In this document: positions 43,348 through 53,034 of the stretch, one piece after another
Position numbering within the stretch: the stretch's first letter is position 1
How the letters are laid out: each line of letters opens with the position of its first letter
Assembly: GCA_002720855.1 (NCBI GenBank)
Contig: PBIN01000014.1
Location: 705,076 to 769,075 of the forward strand
Source of the DNA: Rhodospirillaceae bacterium
Lineage (GTDB): Bacteria > Pseudomonadota > Alphaproteobacteria > MPNO01 > UBA2964
Direction: 5' to 3'
DNA: 64,000 bases
Translations under genes and position numbers: made by a program
Notes under the pieces: model-generated
The model's database searches: none
Told to the model about the DNA's origin: nothing
What the model saw: the letters and a program-made list of their open reading frames with translations, nothing else

Positions 43348-44082
43348 ATGGGAACAAGTTGGGCAATCAGTAAACGCGAATTGCGAGCCTATTTTACAAC
43401 GCCGCTTGCATATGTATTTATCGTTATTTTTCTGGCACTTAATGGTGTAACCGCATTTTACTTCGGCGCACTGTTTGATCGAGGCCAGGCAGATATGCAG
43501 CCACTTTTTGGGTTTTTGCCCTGGCTGTATTTATTCCTGATTCCAGCCGTTGCCATGCGTCTTTGGGCAGAAGAACGCAAAGCGGGAACGTTGGAATTGC
43601 TCATGACATTACCGGTTTCAACCTTTAACGCAGTATTCGGAAAGTTTCTCGCCGCGTGGATTTTCACAGGAATTGCATTGGCACTTACCTTTCCTGTTTG
43701 GATCACGGTCAACTATCTTGGAGATCCAGACAACGGCGTCATCGTTGCCAGCTATCTTGGCGGTTTTTTAATGGCTGGTTCTTATCTCGCGATCGGCGGT
43801 TTTGTATCTGCCATGACCCGAAATCAGGTGATTGCTTTTGTTATCGGAGCCGCGGTTATCTTTCTCTTTATGATGAGTGGCCTGGAATTAGTTCAATCGG
43901 CTTTTCGCGGCTGGGCACCGGACCTTGTTGTCGATCTCGTCCGTTCCTTTAGCTTTCTGGTTCACTATGACGCGATTATTCGTGGCGTGATCGATATCCG
44001 GGATATGATTTTCTTTGTCTCAATTATTGGTGTTTTCCTTTTTGCGAACATGGTCGTGGTCGACCTTAAGAAAGGGTCGTAG
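43348..44082 (+). CDS. ABC-2 type transporter permease (GldF-like)
   Basis: 244 aa, six hydrophobic segments, EERKAGTLELLMTLPV motif. Confidence 0.85.
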   Translation: MGTSWAISKRELRAYFTTPLAYVFIVIFLALNGVTAFYFGALFDRGQADMQPLFGFLPWLYLFLIPAVAMRLWAEERKAGTLELLMTLPVSTFNAVFGKFLAAWIFTGIALALTFPVWITVNYLGDPDNGVIVASYLGGFLMAGSYLAIGGFVSAMTRNQVIAFVIGAAVIFLFMMSGLELVQSAFRGWAPDLVVDLVRSFSFLVHYDAIIRGVIDIRDMIFFVSIIGVFLFANMVVVDLKKGS

Positions 44083-44091
44083 GAGCTAATC

Positions 44092-46035
44092 ATGGCAAAC
44101 AGCATTAAATCTTGGGATCGCGGAAAATTAGGCTTGGCCGGGCTTGCCGTTACCTTCGTGTTTTTCGTGTCACTGCACATATTCTCCAATGAAACATTCC
44201 GTACAGTTAGTGTTGACCTGACCGAAGAAAAGATATTTACGCTTTCGGAGGGAACAAAAGAAATCCTTTCCAACGTTCGTGAACCTGTCACGCTACGGCT
44301 ATTTGTTTCTGCTGAACTGGTTAAACAGAGTCCAGCACTAAAGGATTATTCGCGAAGCGTTCGTGAACTTCTCGAGCGGTACGTGCAACTTTCCAATGGC
44401 CGGGTCAAACTCGAAATAATTCAACCTGAACCGTTTTCTCCTGAGGAAGATCGCGCGGTTGGTTTCGGATTGCACGGAATTCCGATTACACAAGCGGGAA
44501 ATCTTGGCTACTTTGGCCTTGCTGGCACCAACACAACCGATGATCTTGATGTCATCGCGTTTGTGTCGCCGCAGCGCGAACAGTTTCTTGAGTATGACCT
44601 GACACGGCTCGTTTCAAACCTGGCCAACCCGAAGAAGAAGAAAATTGGTTACGTTTCTTCTTTGCCGGTCGGTGCGGACCCGATGAAACGATATGCGCCA
44701 TGGCAGGTTATTGAGCAGCTTCGTCAGCGCTTCGACGTTGAACGCATCACGCTTGAGAACCCCATTCCAGAGGATCTCGATCTTTTGCTTGTAATCCATC
44801 CTCGCGATATGGACGACACTGATCGTTATTATATCGATCAGCATGTTATGCGCGGAAATAATACGATTATTTTCGTTGATCCCTACTCAGAAGAAGCAAC
44901 GCGCGGCAATCAAATGCAGCGTCAGCCACCGGATGATGGGTCTGATTTGAAGGAACTGTTCAAAGCTTGGGGCATTAAGTACGACAAAAAACGGGTTTTG
45001 GGCGATCGAATTGGAGCACAACGTGTAAGTGCGGGACGCAATTCATTTGGCCAGCCCATCATCACCGATTACGTCGCGTGGCTAACATTGAGCGATAACC
45101 GTATTAAAAAGGATGATGTTGTTACCGGCGAGCTTGAGAAAATCAATATAGCGACATCGGGATATCTCGAAAAAGCCGACGGCGCGACATACACGATGGA
45201 CCCGCTTTTGATTTCAAGTCCTGAATCAATGTCTTTGGATGTCGCAAATACTAAAACCGACCCTAAGCCCACGGAACTCATAAAGAATTTCAAGCCCACC
45301 GGAAAACCGTTCGTCGTAGCGGCGCGCTATACGGGCAAATTCAAAAGTGGCTTCCCTGCTGGGCGGCCCAAAGACAAAATTCGCAAAGAAATTAGAGAGG
45401 CCGCAATTAAAAAGGGCGAAAAAGTTCCGGATTTCCAGACACATCTCAAAGAAAGCGTAAAACCGGTTAGTCTTATTGTGGTGGCGGATACAGATATACT
45501 TGTTGATCGATTTTGGGTTCGCGATCAGGATTTCTTCGGACAACGTATCTCGGTTCCGATTGCAAACAATGCAGATTTCCTGACCAATGCGGTCGACAAT
45601 ATGGCCGGAACCGCAGCGTTAATAAGCCTCCGAAGTCGTGGCGTGACCAGCCGTCCATTTCATACTGTGGATGAAATCAAGCGCGCTGCCGAGCATAAAT
45701 ACCGTTCAACGGAGCAGGCGCTTCTTCAAAAATTGAAAGAAATTGAAGGAAAGCTCAAAGACCTTCAAACCAAGGAAACCAAAGAAGGTAGGACGGTTAT
45801 TCTTTCAGACAAGCAGAAGGAAGCAATTGAAAAATTTAGGCGTGAGTCGATTTCAATTCGAAAGGAATTACGCTCGGTCCAGCTGGCTCTACGACGCGAC
45901 ATTGATCAGCTCGACGCCAATTTGAAGGTTATAAATATTGGTTTGATGCCCGCCATAGTGATCCTGTTTGCAATCGGACTGGGGCTCGTGCGTCGCCGCA
46001 ATGCACGTCGGCATCAAGCAGCGGCAGCCAGCTAA
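44092..46035 (+). CDS. GldG-family ABC-transporter-associated protein
   Basis: 647 aa. N- and C-terminal TM anchors around a large soluble domain. Follows the ABC-2 pair as in gldAFG loci. Confidence 0.75.
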   Translation: MANSIKSWDRGKLGLAGLAVTFVFFVSLHIFSNETFRTVSVDLTEEKIFTLSEGTKEILSNVREPVTLRLFVSAELVKQSPALKDYSRSVRELLERYVQLSNGRVKLEIIQPEPFSPEEDRAVGFGLHGIPITQAGNLGYFGLAGTNTTDDLDVIAFVSPQREQFLEYDLTRLVSNLANPKKKKIGYVSSLPVGADPMKRYAPWQVIEQLRQRFDVERITLENPIPEDLDLLLVIHPRDMDDTDRYYIDQHVMRGNNTIIFVDPYSEEATRGNQMQRQPPDDGSDLKELFKAWGIKYDKKRVLGDRIGAQRVSAGRNSFGQPIITDYVAWLTLSDNRIKKDDVVTGELEKINIATSGYLEKADGATYTMDPLLISSPESMSLDVANTKTDPKPTELIKNFKPTGKPFVVAARYTGKFKSGFPAGRPKDKIRKEIREAAIKKGEKVPDFQTHLKESVKPVSLIVVADTDILVDRFWVRDQDFFGQRISVPIANNADFLTNAVDNMAGTAALISLRSRGVTSRPFHTVDEIKRAAEHKYRSTEQALLQKLKEIEGKLKDLQTKETKEGRTVILSDKQKEAIEKFRRESISIRKELRSVQLALRRDIDQLDANLKVINIGLMPAIVILFAIGLGLVRRRNARRHQAAAAS

Positions 46036-46072
46036 GGGTTAAATTGGATATTTTTCGAAAAGTTGTAATGTC

Positions 46073-47134
46073 ATGACCGCACGATCTTTCATTATATATT
46101 CTGTTGTTACCGCGATACTGGTTATTGCTGCTATCGTAGCAATTAGCAGTCGACCTGCGAGCACGATGATTGACCGAGACCGCGCCCTGATTTTTCCTGG
46201 CGTCGATGCCAAACTCAACGATGTGGCGTCCTTTGAAATAAAATCGGCTGATCGGAGCTACACCGTCAAGCGAACATCAGATGGTTGGGGTATCGCAGAA
46301 CTGAACGGATATGCTGCAGATTTCAATAAAGTCAAAACCGTTTTGGTGGAATTGGCCCAGTTAAAATTTCTTGAGGAGAAAACAAGTGATGCTGCACGTT
46401 ACGAGCGGCTTGACCTCAGAGATGTAACGGCGAAGGGCGCGAAATCTCGTAAAATTACCGTCACGGATAAAGACGGTAAAGTTTTGGCTTCCGGCCTGAT
46501 TGGTCGTCGCAATGCTGATCTATTTGGTTCGGGGCGCGGTGGTACCTATATGCGGGTTGGCGACAATAAACAGACCTGGCTCGTTGAGGGTATTGTCAGC
46601 ACTGGGAAGGGTCCTGCCGATTGGGTAAATAAAAAGATCGTCGATATTAAGCGTCCGAGGGTGAGACGTATCGTTGTTCAGGCGCCCGGCGGTGGATTGA
46701 CAGTGGTTAGCCGTCCTTTAGCAAAGCAAAAAGATTTCCGCCTTGCAGATATCCCTGCAGGAAAGCGCCAGCGCGGCCAATGGGAAACCAATGAGATGGC
46801 CAAGGTGCTGGATAAGCTTGAACTGTTGGATTTGAAGCGTGCTGACGAAATTGCCATGCCCGACGACCGACTTTACAAGGCGACAATTCAAACATTTGAG
46901 GGTCTGCTTATTCATACAGAGGCCGTCAAAGTTGGTAAGAAGAAGTTCTGGGCGCGGTTTTCTGCCTCTGTTGATGCCGCGGCAATTGATGCAACAAAGG
47001 TCAAAGAGGCGGCCGACGCATTTAACGCCCGCCATAAAGGTTTTGCTTACGAGGTTAACGAGGCCACGGGTAAAAAACTTACCTGCGATCACATCAACCT
47101 TCTGGAAGGTGCCGGGCTAAAAGCTTGCGCCTGA
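46073..47134 (+). CDS. DUF4340 domain-containing protein
   Basis: N-terminal TM anchor. Position after a GldG-like gene and the overall pattern fit DUF4340 as I recall it. Confidence 0.6.
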   Translation: MTARSFIIYSVVTAILVIAAIVAISSRPASTMIDRDRALIFPGVDAKLNDVASFEIKSADRSYTVKRTSDGWGIAELNGYAADFNKVKTVLVELAQLKFLEEKTSDAARYERLDLRDVTAKGAKSRKITVTDKDGKVLASGLIGRRNADLFGSGRGGTYMRVGDNKQTWLVEGIVSTGKGPADWVNKKIVDIKRPRVRRIVVQAPGGGLTVVSRPLAKQKDFRLADIPAGKRQRGQWETNEMAKVLDKLELLDLKRADEIAMPDDRLYKATIQTFEGLLIHTEAVKVGKKKFWARFSASVDAAAIDATKVKEAADAFNARHKGFAYEVNEATGKKLTCDHINLLEGAGLKACA

Positions 47135-47148
47135 GCCAAATACGAAAC

Positions 47149-47895
47149 CTATAGAGGACTCCCCGTCGGCACATTCATGTCGACATCGAGACCATCAACA
47201 TATTTCAACGCCTGTTCCGTTGTTACCACATCGGCATACTTGGCATGCATATCGCAGAGATTAATGGCGTGGCTGGCTTGGGACCGGTCAAAACACCCTT
47301 CTTCGACGACAGCTACCCGATAGTTATTACTAAAGGCATCGATAACCGACGCGCGGATGCAGCCCGATGTTGTTGTGCCAGTGACCAAAAGTGAATCAGC
47401 GCCTAAATCATTCAGGAATCCTGAAAGTGGTGTTCCGTAAAACGCGCTTGGCTTGTGTTTCCGAATAACGATGTCTTCGGGCGACGGCGCAATTTCATCC
47501 ATGATGTCATTGCCATCGCGGTTGAAGTCAGCGGTGTTGGGCGCCGTGACGTCTTCCTCCGTACGACTATTCTTCCAGGCCCAACCGCCAGCGTCCCAGC
47601 CGTCCTCACGAACAGTCCCCGTTGTATAGATTACCGGGATGCCTTTCTCATGGCATTTGTCGATGAGTTTCCGAATGTGCGGTAGGGCGTCCCAGGCGTA
47701 TTCGCCACAGGAATTATGGAAGCGCTTTATCGATTCCAGAATTGGCTCACGCTTATCGCCGCAAAAATTATAGCTGACATCGATAACCAGCAAAGCTGGT
47801 CGTTCTCCATAGCCTGCCTCGGCACCAAAACCACTTTTTTCGAATACCTGTTTGTCCTGCTCAGTAAGAAACTCGTTCCAAATTCGATCTGCCAT
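47149..47895 (-). CDS. isochorismatase-family cysteine hydrolase (tandem copy A)
   Basis: LLVIDVSYNF, IRKHKPSAFYGT and GTTTSGCIRAS. Confidence 0.85.
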   Translation of the reverse strand: MADRIWNEFLTEQDKQVFEKSGFGAEAGYGERPALLVIDVSYNFCGDKREPILESIKRFHNSCGEYAWDALPHIRKLIDKCHEKGIPVIYTTGTVREDGWDAGGWAWKNSRTEEDVTAPNTADFNRDGNDIMDEIAPSPEDIVIRKHKPSAFYGTPLSGFLNDLGADSLLVTGTTTSGCIRASVIDAFSNNYRVAVVEEGCFDRSQASHAINLCDMHAKYADVVTTEQALKYVDGLDVDMNVPTGSPL

Positions 47896-47909
47896 TTTGA
47901 TATTCCTGT

Positions 47910-48665
47910 TTAAAGGGGTTTGCCCGTCGGTAAATTATAATCTGCGTCGATCGTTTCGATATAATCCAATGCTTCCTGGGTAGGGACTACATCGGCATAT
48001 TTGGCATGCATATCGCAAAGATTGATAGCGTGACTTGCTTGCGATCTGTCGAAACACGCTTCTTCTGCGATTGTAATGCGAAGGTTTTCGCTAAATCCGT
48101 CAAGAACCGAGGCGCGGATGCACCCCGAAGTCGTCGTCCCGGTCACGACAAGCGAGTCTGCGCCAAGGTCATTCAGAAAGGCTGTCAGAGGGGTGCCGTA
48201 GAAAGCGCTGGGTTTATGTTTGCGGATAACGATGTCCTGAGGGGAGGGGGCAATTTCATCCATGATATCGTTGCCATCGCGGTTCGTATCACGCGCTTCC
48301 GGTGCGCCCGTAGGTACATCTTCGTGTCCACGTGAGCTCTTGAAATTCCAGGCACCACGATCCCATCCATCATCACGGACCATTCCTGTCGTGTAGATAA
48401 CCGGAATACCTTTTTCGTGGCACTTGTCGATCAAAGTTTTGATATGAGGTAGGGCTTCCCAAGCATCCTCGCCGCAAGAGGTTCGCCATTTTTCGATAGA
48501 GTCGAGAATGGGTTCTGAACGTTCGCCGCAAAAGGCGTAATTAACATCAATGACCAGCAAGGCGGGTTTCTTGCCGCCGCCGGCTTTGGCGCCATATCCT
48601 GATGCCGCAAAGACTTCTTTGTCACGTTCGGTTAAAAATTTGTCCCAAATACGTTCTTGCGCCAT
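47910..48665 (-). CDS. isochorismatase-family cysteine hydrolase (tandem copy B)
   Basis: Near-collinear with copy A (MAQERIWDKFLTERDKE versus MADRIWNEFLTEQDKQ). ATG at 48665 follows AAGGAGG; the ORF track extends to 48707. Confidence 0.85.
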   Translation of the reverse strand: MAQERIWDKFLTERDKEVFAASGYGAKAGGGKKPALLVIDVNYAFCGERSEPILDSIEKWRTSCGEDAWEALPHIKTLIDKCHEKGIPVIYTTGMVRDDGWDRGAWNFKSSRGHEDVPTGAPEARDTNRDGNDIMDEIAPSPQDIVIRKHKPSAFYGTPLTAFLNDLGADSLVVTGTTTSGCIRASVLDGFSENLRITIAEEACFDRSQASHAINLCDMHAKYADVVPTQEALDYIETIDADYNLPTGKPL

Positions 48666-48781
48666 AGACTTGCCTCCTTGCCGCGATAGTTCCAATATAA
48701 TTATCACGGAAAAACGAAAGTCTAGGCGTAAGGTCTCTGACGTGCAACCGAGGGGCCTGCGATGGACACCGGAGGAAAGCC

Positions 48782-49222
48782 ATGTTGAAGATTAGCCGAA
48801 TACATCATCTGAATATTCGCTCTACACCCGAGAAGCTTGATGAAACGCGTGACTTCTATCGCGATATTCTCGGGATGGAAGAGGGGTATCGCCAACCCTT
48901 CAAGGGCCCAGGATACTGGATGTGGTGTGAAGGTCATCCCTGGGTTCATATTTCGACGATGGGCCATAAAGACAATCCAGTATTGCAACCAGAAAGCATG
49001 GATGCCGGGTTTGGACATATCGCTTTCGACTCCACGGGATATCAGGATTTCAAGGATTTACTTGATGAGAAGGGTCTCGATTACGAAGAACATCCAACGC
49101 CGGACAAAGATATGATCCAAATCTTTCTTCCCGATCCCAACGGCGTTGTCGTGGAAATGGTATTCGATATTGCGGAAGTCGAAGCGGCTAAAGCGGCAAA
49201 AACGATGGCTGCTGCTGAATAA
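48782..49222 (+). CDS. VOC family protein
   Basis: IHHLNIRSTPEKLDETRDFYRDILGM and GFGHIAF motifs. Confidence 0.8.
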   Translation: MLKISRIHHLNIRSTPEKLDETRDFYRDILGMEEGYRQPFKGPGYWMWCEGHPWVHISTMGHKDNPVLQPESMDAGFGHIAFDSTGYQDFKDLLDEKGLDYEEHPTPDKDMIQIFLPDPNGVVVEMVFDIAEVEAAKAAKTMAAAE

Positions 49223-49223
49223 G

Positions 49224-50429
49224 TCAGATGACACGCATGTTCGGCGGATGGCCCATCAGCCATTCGCCAACGCTTCTAAAGTGCGTTTTCCGTCCTTGTA
49301 TTTGTAATGCCACGGCGTGAATGTCCCGTAGGCGGCGTTCGAACGGGCCATCCGAAAAAATAGAACTGGTGCCACCGGTATCGAACAGAGTATCCGCAAC
49401 GGTCTTTGCTTCATGGATGGCGTGCGTCGCCGCCAACCGTATCTCTAGTCGTTGATCGATGGTCGGAGCACCGTTCGTCAGTGCTTCTTCCCATGCGTCT
49501 TCGACCTCACTGAACAAATAACGTCTTGCGCTACGAAGTTTTGCACGCATCCGAGCCACTTCATCATGGACAACGGGATTGTCGCTGAGAACATCGGCTG
49601 AATTACGTGGTTTCTTCTCCTGCGCGATCTCAAGAAATTTCTCAAGGATTGCCGCGCTCAGGCCAAGTGCAACGGAAGCGAATCCCATGGCATAGATCGC
49701 CATCGTTGAAAAATTGTAAAGCGTGGAAAGATCGTCGGTCCCTTCAATCATCGTCGCACGGACAATTGTATGTTCTTCTGGCACAAAATGATCCTCGAGA
49801 ACGAACCCGTCGCTGCCGGTGCTACGGAGGCCAACAACATTCCAGGTATCCGACAAAGTCGTTTCGCTTGCCGGAAAGAACGTGGTTCTAACCTCAGGCT
49901 TGTCGCCTGTTCCGAGGCGAACCGTACCGTCTTTCTCGTAAACGGTATTGCAATGTGTGGCCAACCATGTCGCGTGATGGCTGCCACTGACGAACATCGT
50001 CTTTGCTGATACCAGATACCCGCCATCGACAGCTTTGGCTTCCGCTTTGCCAGGTCCCCAGGCGAGGACCCCGTCCGCATTGTCACCCCATATTTTGCTA
50101 CTAATGGCGGTATCCAGATAGCCCCCCAACATTGAACAGCCGCTCCCTTGACCCACGCACCAGGCCGCACTGCCGTCATACTTGGCTATGGCTTCGATGA
50201 CACGGCAAAAAACGGGAAGAGGAAGCTCTTCACCACCCGCTTTTTTCGCCAAAAGCATACGAAACAACCGTTGCTCATGCAGAGCGTTCATGGCGTTCTT
50301 TGTTAGTTCGCGGATTTCCTCGCCATCGGCTGCTTCGGATTCTAAAACCGATCCGATCTTATCGACGCGATTTACCCATTGTTCTGAAAGCTGTGCATAG
50401 TCGAATATTGGTTTTGAAGCTTCATTCAT
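49224..50429 (-). CDS. acyl-CoA dehydrogenase-fold protein, probably a flavin-dependent monooxygenase component
   Basis: 401 aa with ACAD-like domain order but without the canonical C-terminal ACAD signature. Resembles DszC/HsaA/SfnB-type oxygenases (inference). Confidence 0.7.
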   Translation of the reverse strand: MNEASKPIFDYAQLSEQWVNRVDKIGSVLESEAADGEEIRELTKNAMNALHEQRLFRMLLAKKAGGEELPLPVFCRVIEAIAKYDGSAAWCVGQGSGCSMLGGYLDTAISSKIWGDNADGVLAWGPGKAEAKAVDGGYLVSAKTMFVSGSHHATWLATHCNTVYEKDGTVRLGTGDKPEVRTTFFPASETTLSDTWNVVGLRSTGSDGFVLEDHFVPEEHTIVRATMIEGTDDLSTLYNFSTMAIYAMGFASVALGLSAAILEKFLEIAQEKKPRNSADVLSDNPVVHDEVARMRAKLRSARRYLFSEVEDAWEEALTNGAPTIDQRLEIRLAATHAIHEAKTVADTLFDTGGTSSIFSDGPFERRLRDIHAVALQIQGRKTHFRSVGEWLMGHPPNMRVI

Positions 50430-50588
50430 AAAGATGTCTCAGTTCGATGGAAGAATGGATAGCTCAATTTAAGGATTATGGCGTTGAAAGGTGTCAGTGT
50501 CACGATATCGATTAAATCTCGAATTCCGGCTTGCGAGTGCAGCGACGGCTGATACGGTTCATAAAAATAATTTCGAACGGAGGCGAGA

Positions 50589-51485
50589 ATGGCACGTAAA
50601 GCCGTGAAGTACGATCGAACTGCTGAAGATCTTGGCAATATCGTTGGTTTGGAACACTTAAATCTTTTGGTCCCCGATCAACGCCTGGCTATGATTTTTT
50701 ATATCGGGGGTTTGGGGCTAACGCGTGACCCGTACATGCAAACAGGTCCAGGTAATATGTGGATCAATATCGGAGACAACCAGTTTCATCTGCCGACGAG
50801 GGGCACGCAGGTGATGCGGGGAACGGTTGGTCTGGTTTTGCCTGATTTAAAAAATCTCGTCGAACGCCTGAAATCAGTGAAAAAGGACCTCACAGGGACC
50901 AAATTTGGATTCAAAGCAACCAAGGGGGCGCGGTGTGTTGAGGTTACATGTCCCTGGGGAAACAGGATCCGTTGTCACGCAGCCGGAAAATCTACAGCAC
51001 CGATCGTATTAGGCATGTCTTACGCCCAGTTTGATGTGCCCGTGGGGGTCGCCGAAGGAATTGCCAAATTTTATCGTGAGATCATGGGTGCGAATGTGAA
51101 GATGGGACGGTGGGAAAGTGCCACCGCGGCGCGTGTTTCTGCCGGATACCGCCAGGAGCTGATATTCAGCGAGACCAGAAAAAAGATCGCCGAGTTTGAT
51201 GGTCATCACATACAGATTTATCTCGCGAATTTTTCAGGCCCATACAAAAATTTACTTGAGCGTAGCCTGATCACGCAGGAGTCGAACCAGCATCAATATC
51301 GTTTTATCGATATTGTCGACCCCAAGGATGGAAAACTTCTCTTTAATCTGGATCATGAGGTTCGCTCAATGACACATCCGATGTATGGTCGGTCAAAGCT
51401 TAATCGCAACCCGGACCAATCGAACGAGCTATTTGCCCGGGGTCATGAGACCCAGGCATGGCTGGCGTCAGCAACAGGGAGTTAA
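50589..51485 (+). CDS. hypothetical protein, possibly a two-domain VOC-like fold
   Basis: GLEHLNLLVPDQRLAMIFYIGGLGLTRDP resembles a VOC N-terminus. Otherwise unassigned. Confidence 0.5.
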   Translation: MARKAVKYDRTAEDLGNIVGLEHLNLLVPDQRLAMIFYIGGLGLTRDPYMQTGPGNMWINIGDNQFHLPTRGTQVMRGTVGLVLPDLKNLVERLKSVKKDLTGTKFGFKATKGARCVEVTCPWGNRIRCHAAGKSTAPIVLGMSYAQFDVPVGVAEGIAKFYREIMGANVKMGRWESATAARVSAGYRQELIFSETRKKIAEFDGHHIQIYLANFSGPYKNLLERSLITQESNQHQYRFIDIVDPKDGKLLFNLDHEVRSMTHPMYGRSKLNRNPDQSNELFARGHETQAWLASATGS

Positions 51486-51489
51486 AACG

Positions 51490-52110
51490 ATGCTCGAACT
51501 TTATACATGGATGACAGACAACGGTTACAAGGCCCGCCAAATGGTTGAGGAAACCGGAATCGAATATGATTTGAAACCGATCAATCTTCGTAACAAGGAA
51601 CAATTCGATCCGGAATATTTGAAAATTAGCCCCGGTCACAAAATTCCGGCTATTGTCGATCCCGATGGACCGGGCGGACAGCGGATCACCCTTTGTGAAT
51701 CCGGTGCCATTCTAAAATATATGGCAGAAAACTATGCGCCCCATCTATATCCTGATGATCCAATTCAACGCATTAAACTCGACCAATGGTTTATTTATGG
51801 ATCAGCCACGTGGACGACACTGGCACAGCAATATGGCCTTTTCATGCATCGTTTAGGGGAGGATGTACCTCGCGCTCAGGAGCATTACGACGGCGTTCTC
51901 CGCGACATGATGAATATGTATGAAAGCCATCTTGGTAAAAATGAGTATATCGCCGGCGATTATTCGATCGCGGATATCACGGTCTATCCCGATATGCATG
52001 GTCACGGCCTAAATGATATTGGTTTCGACGATTATCCAAACATTAAGCGCTGGCATGACGCCATCGAGGCGCGCCCCGCCGTTCAGAAGGCTTGGACGCC
52101 CTTCGCATAG
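51490..52110 (+). CDS. glutathione S-transferase
   Basis: MLELYTW..., KISPGHKIPAIVDP and LCESGAILKYMAE (GSH-binding N-domain). The ORF track's 51385 start overlaps the previous gene and is rejected. Confidence 0.85.
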   Translation: MLELYTWMTDNGYKARQMVEETGIEYDLKPINLRNKEQFDPEYLKISPGHKIPAIVDPDGPGGQRITLCESGAILKYMAENYAPHLYPDDPIQRIKLDQWFIYGSATWTTLAQQYGLFMHRLGEDVPRAQEHYDGVLRDMMNMYESHLGKNEYIAGDYSIADITVYPDMHGHGLNDIGFDDYPNIKRWHDAIEARPAVQKAWTPFA

Positions 52111-52196
52111 AGTTTTGAAGCTGATTCAATTATAGCGAATAGCATTCGATTCTGGACGTTACTGAAATCTGTCGCCATAGTTAAATCCACATAATT

Positions 52197-53024
52197 ATGG
52201 AGGGTTCTATGGTTGCTGGCATTCGTCGTGTTGCTCTTGGATTCGTCTTTTCGATTCCACTGGGATTTATAGGGGGCGCTGCGTGGGCGGCGCCACAGAT
52301 ACTCGGTGTTGTGGCGTCGGCTAAGCCGGTGCCGCTAACCTGTTCCTACGGTACCTGTACGGCTGAATTCAGCGCGTTCTGTATGCAGCAGCACCGTGTT
52401 TCGCCGCGCGGTGGGACACCCTATCGCACAGCGAAGGGAACAAATTTGACTCTGGTAACGACACTGCCCGACGGAACCAGTCGTGAGGTTGTCGTGAACG
52501 ATCAGGTATCGATCAAATCCAAGCGCGGACATTTTGCTGTTCGTGTTTCTCTGCCTGAAAGTGCGGTTGGCAGTTTTGATGGAAAAGCGCCGGCACTTGC
52601 AATCAGTTCTTTGGCATCCCTCGTTCCTTTGGCGCAGGTAGGCGATAAAACGCCGCTGACAAAGTCCGAAATCGCCATTGTGACTGGAATACAGCGTAAA
52701 ATTGTCGCAAAGGCTCTTTCCGCTGATGAGGATCAGGAAGCGATAGCTGCGGGTACGATGACGCGCCTGATTAGTGCATTGCCACGATGGGGCAGGGTGA
52801 GTGCGGAGCGGCGCCAGAATCTTTGGCGCGATATCGTCGGTCCCGAACCCACGTCATCGTCCAATATAGGGTTGCAAAACGCGGCTAAAGAGTTTCGTTA
52901 TTGTAAGCATTGGGCAGATACCGGCCGTGGTTATGGACTGCGTCATTGCCTTGAGGAAATGCATGATTTCAAGGCGGACAATATTACCAAAAAGGCCTGG
53001 AAAGCTGTTCTTCCGGGCGGTTGA
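52197..53024 (+). CDS. secreted hypothetical protein
   Basis: Signal-like N-terminus ...GGAAWAAPQ. No recognisable domain. Confidence 0.5.
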   Translation: MEGSMVAGIRRVALGFVFSIPLGFIGGAAWAAPQILGVVASAKPVPLTCSYGTCTAEFSAFCMQQHRVSPRGGTPYRTAKGTNLTLVTTLPDGTSREVVVNDQVSIKSKRGHFAVRVSLPESAVGSFDGKAPALAISSLASLVPLAQVGDKTPLTKSEIAIVTGIQRKIVAKALSADEDQEAIAAGTMTRLISALPRWGRVSAERRQNLWRDIVGPEPTSSSNIGLQNAAKEFRYCKHWADTGRGYGLRHCLEEMHDFKADNITKKAWKAVLPGG

Positions 53025-53034
53025 TATCGAGCTC

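Noticed and set aside
51385-51489. N-terminal extension of the GST ORF
   Set aside because: It overlaps the 3' end of the preceding gene in another frame. The GST homology begins at MLELYTW (ATG 51490), 4 nt after the upstream stop.
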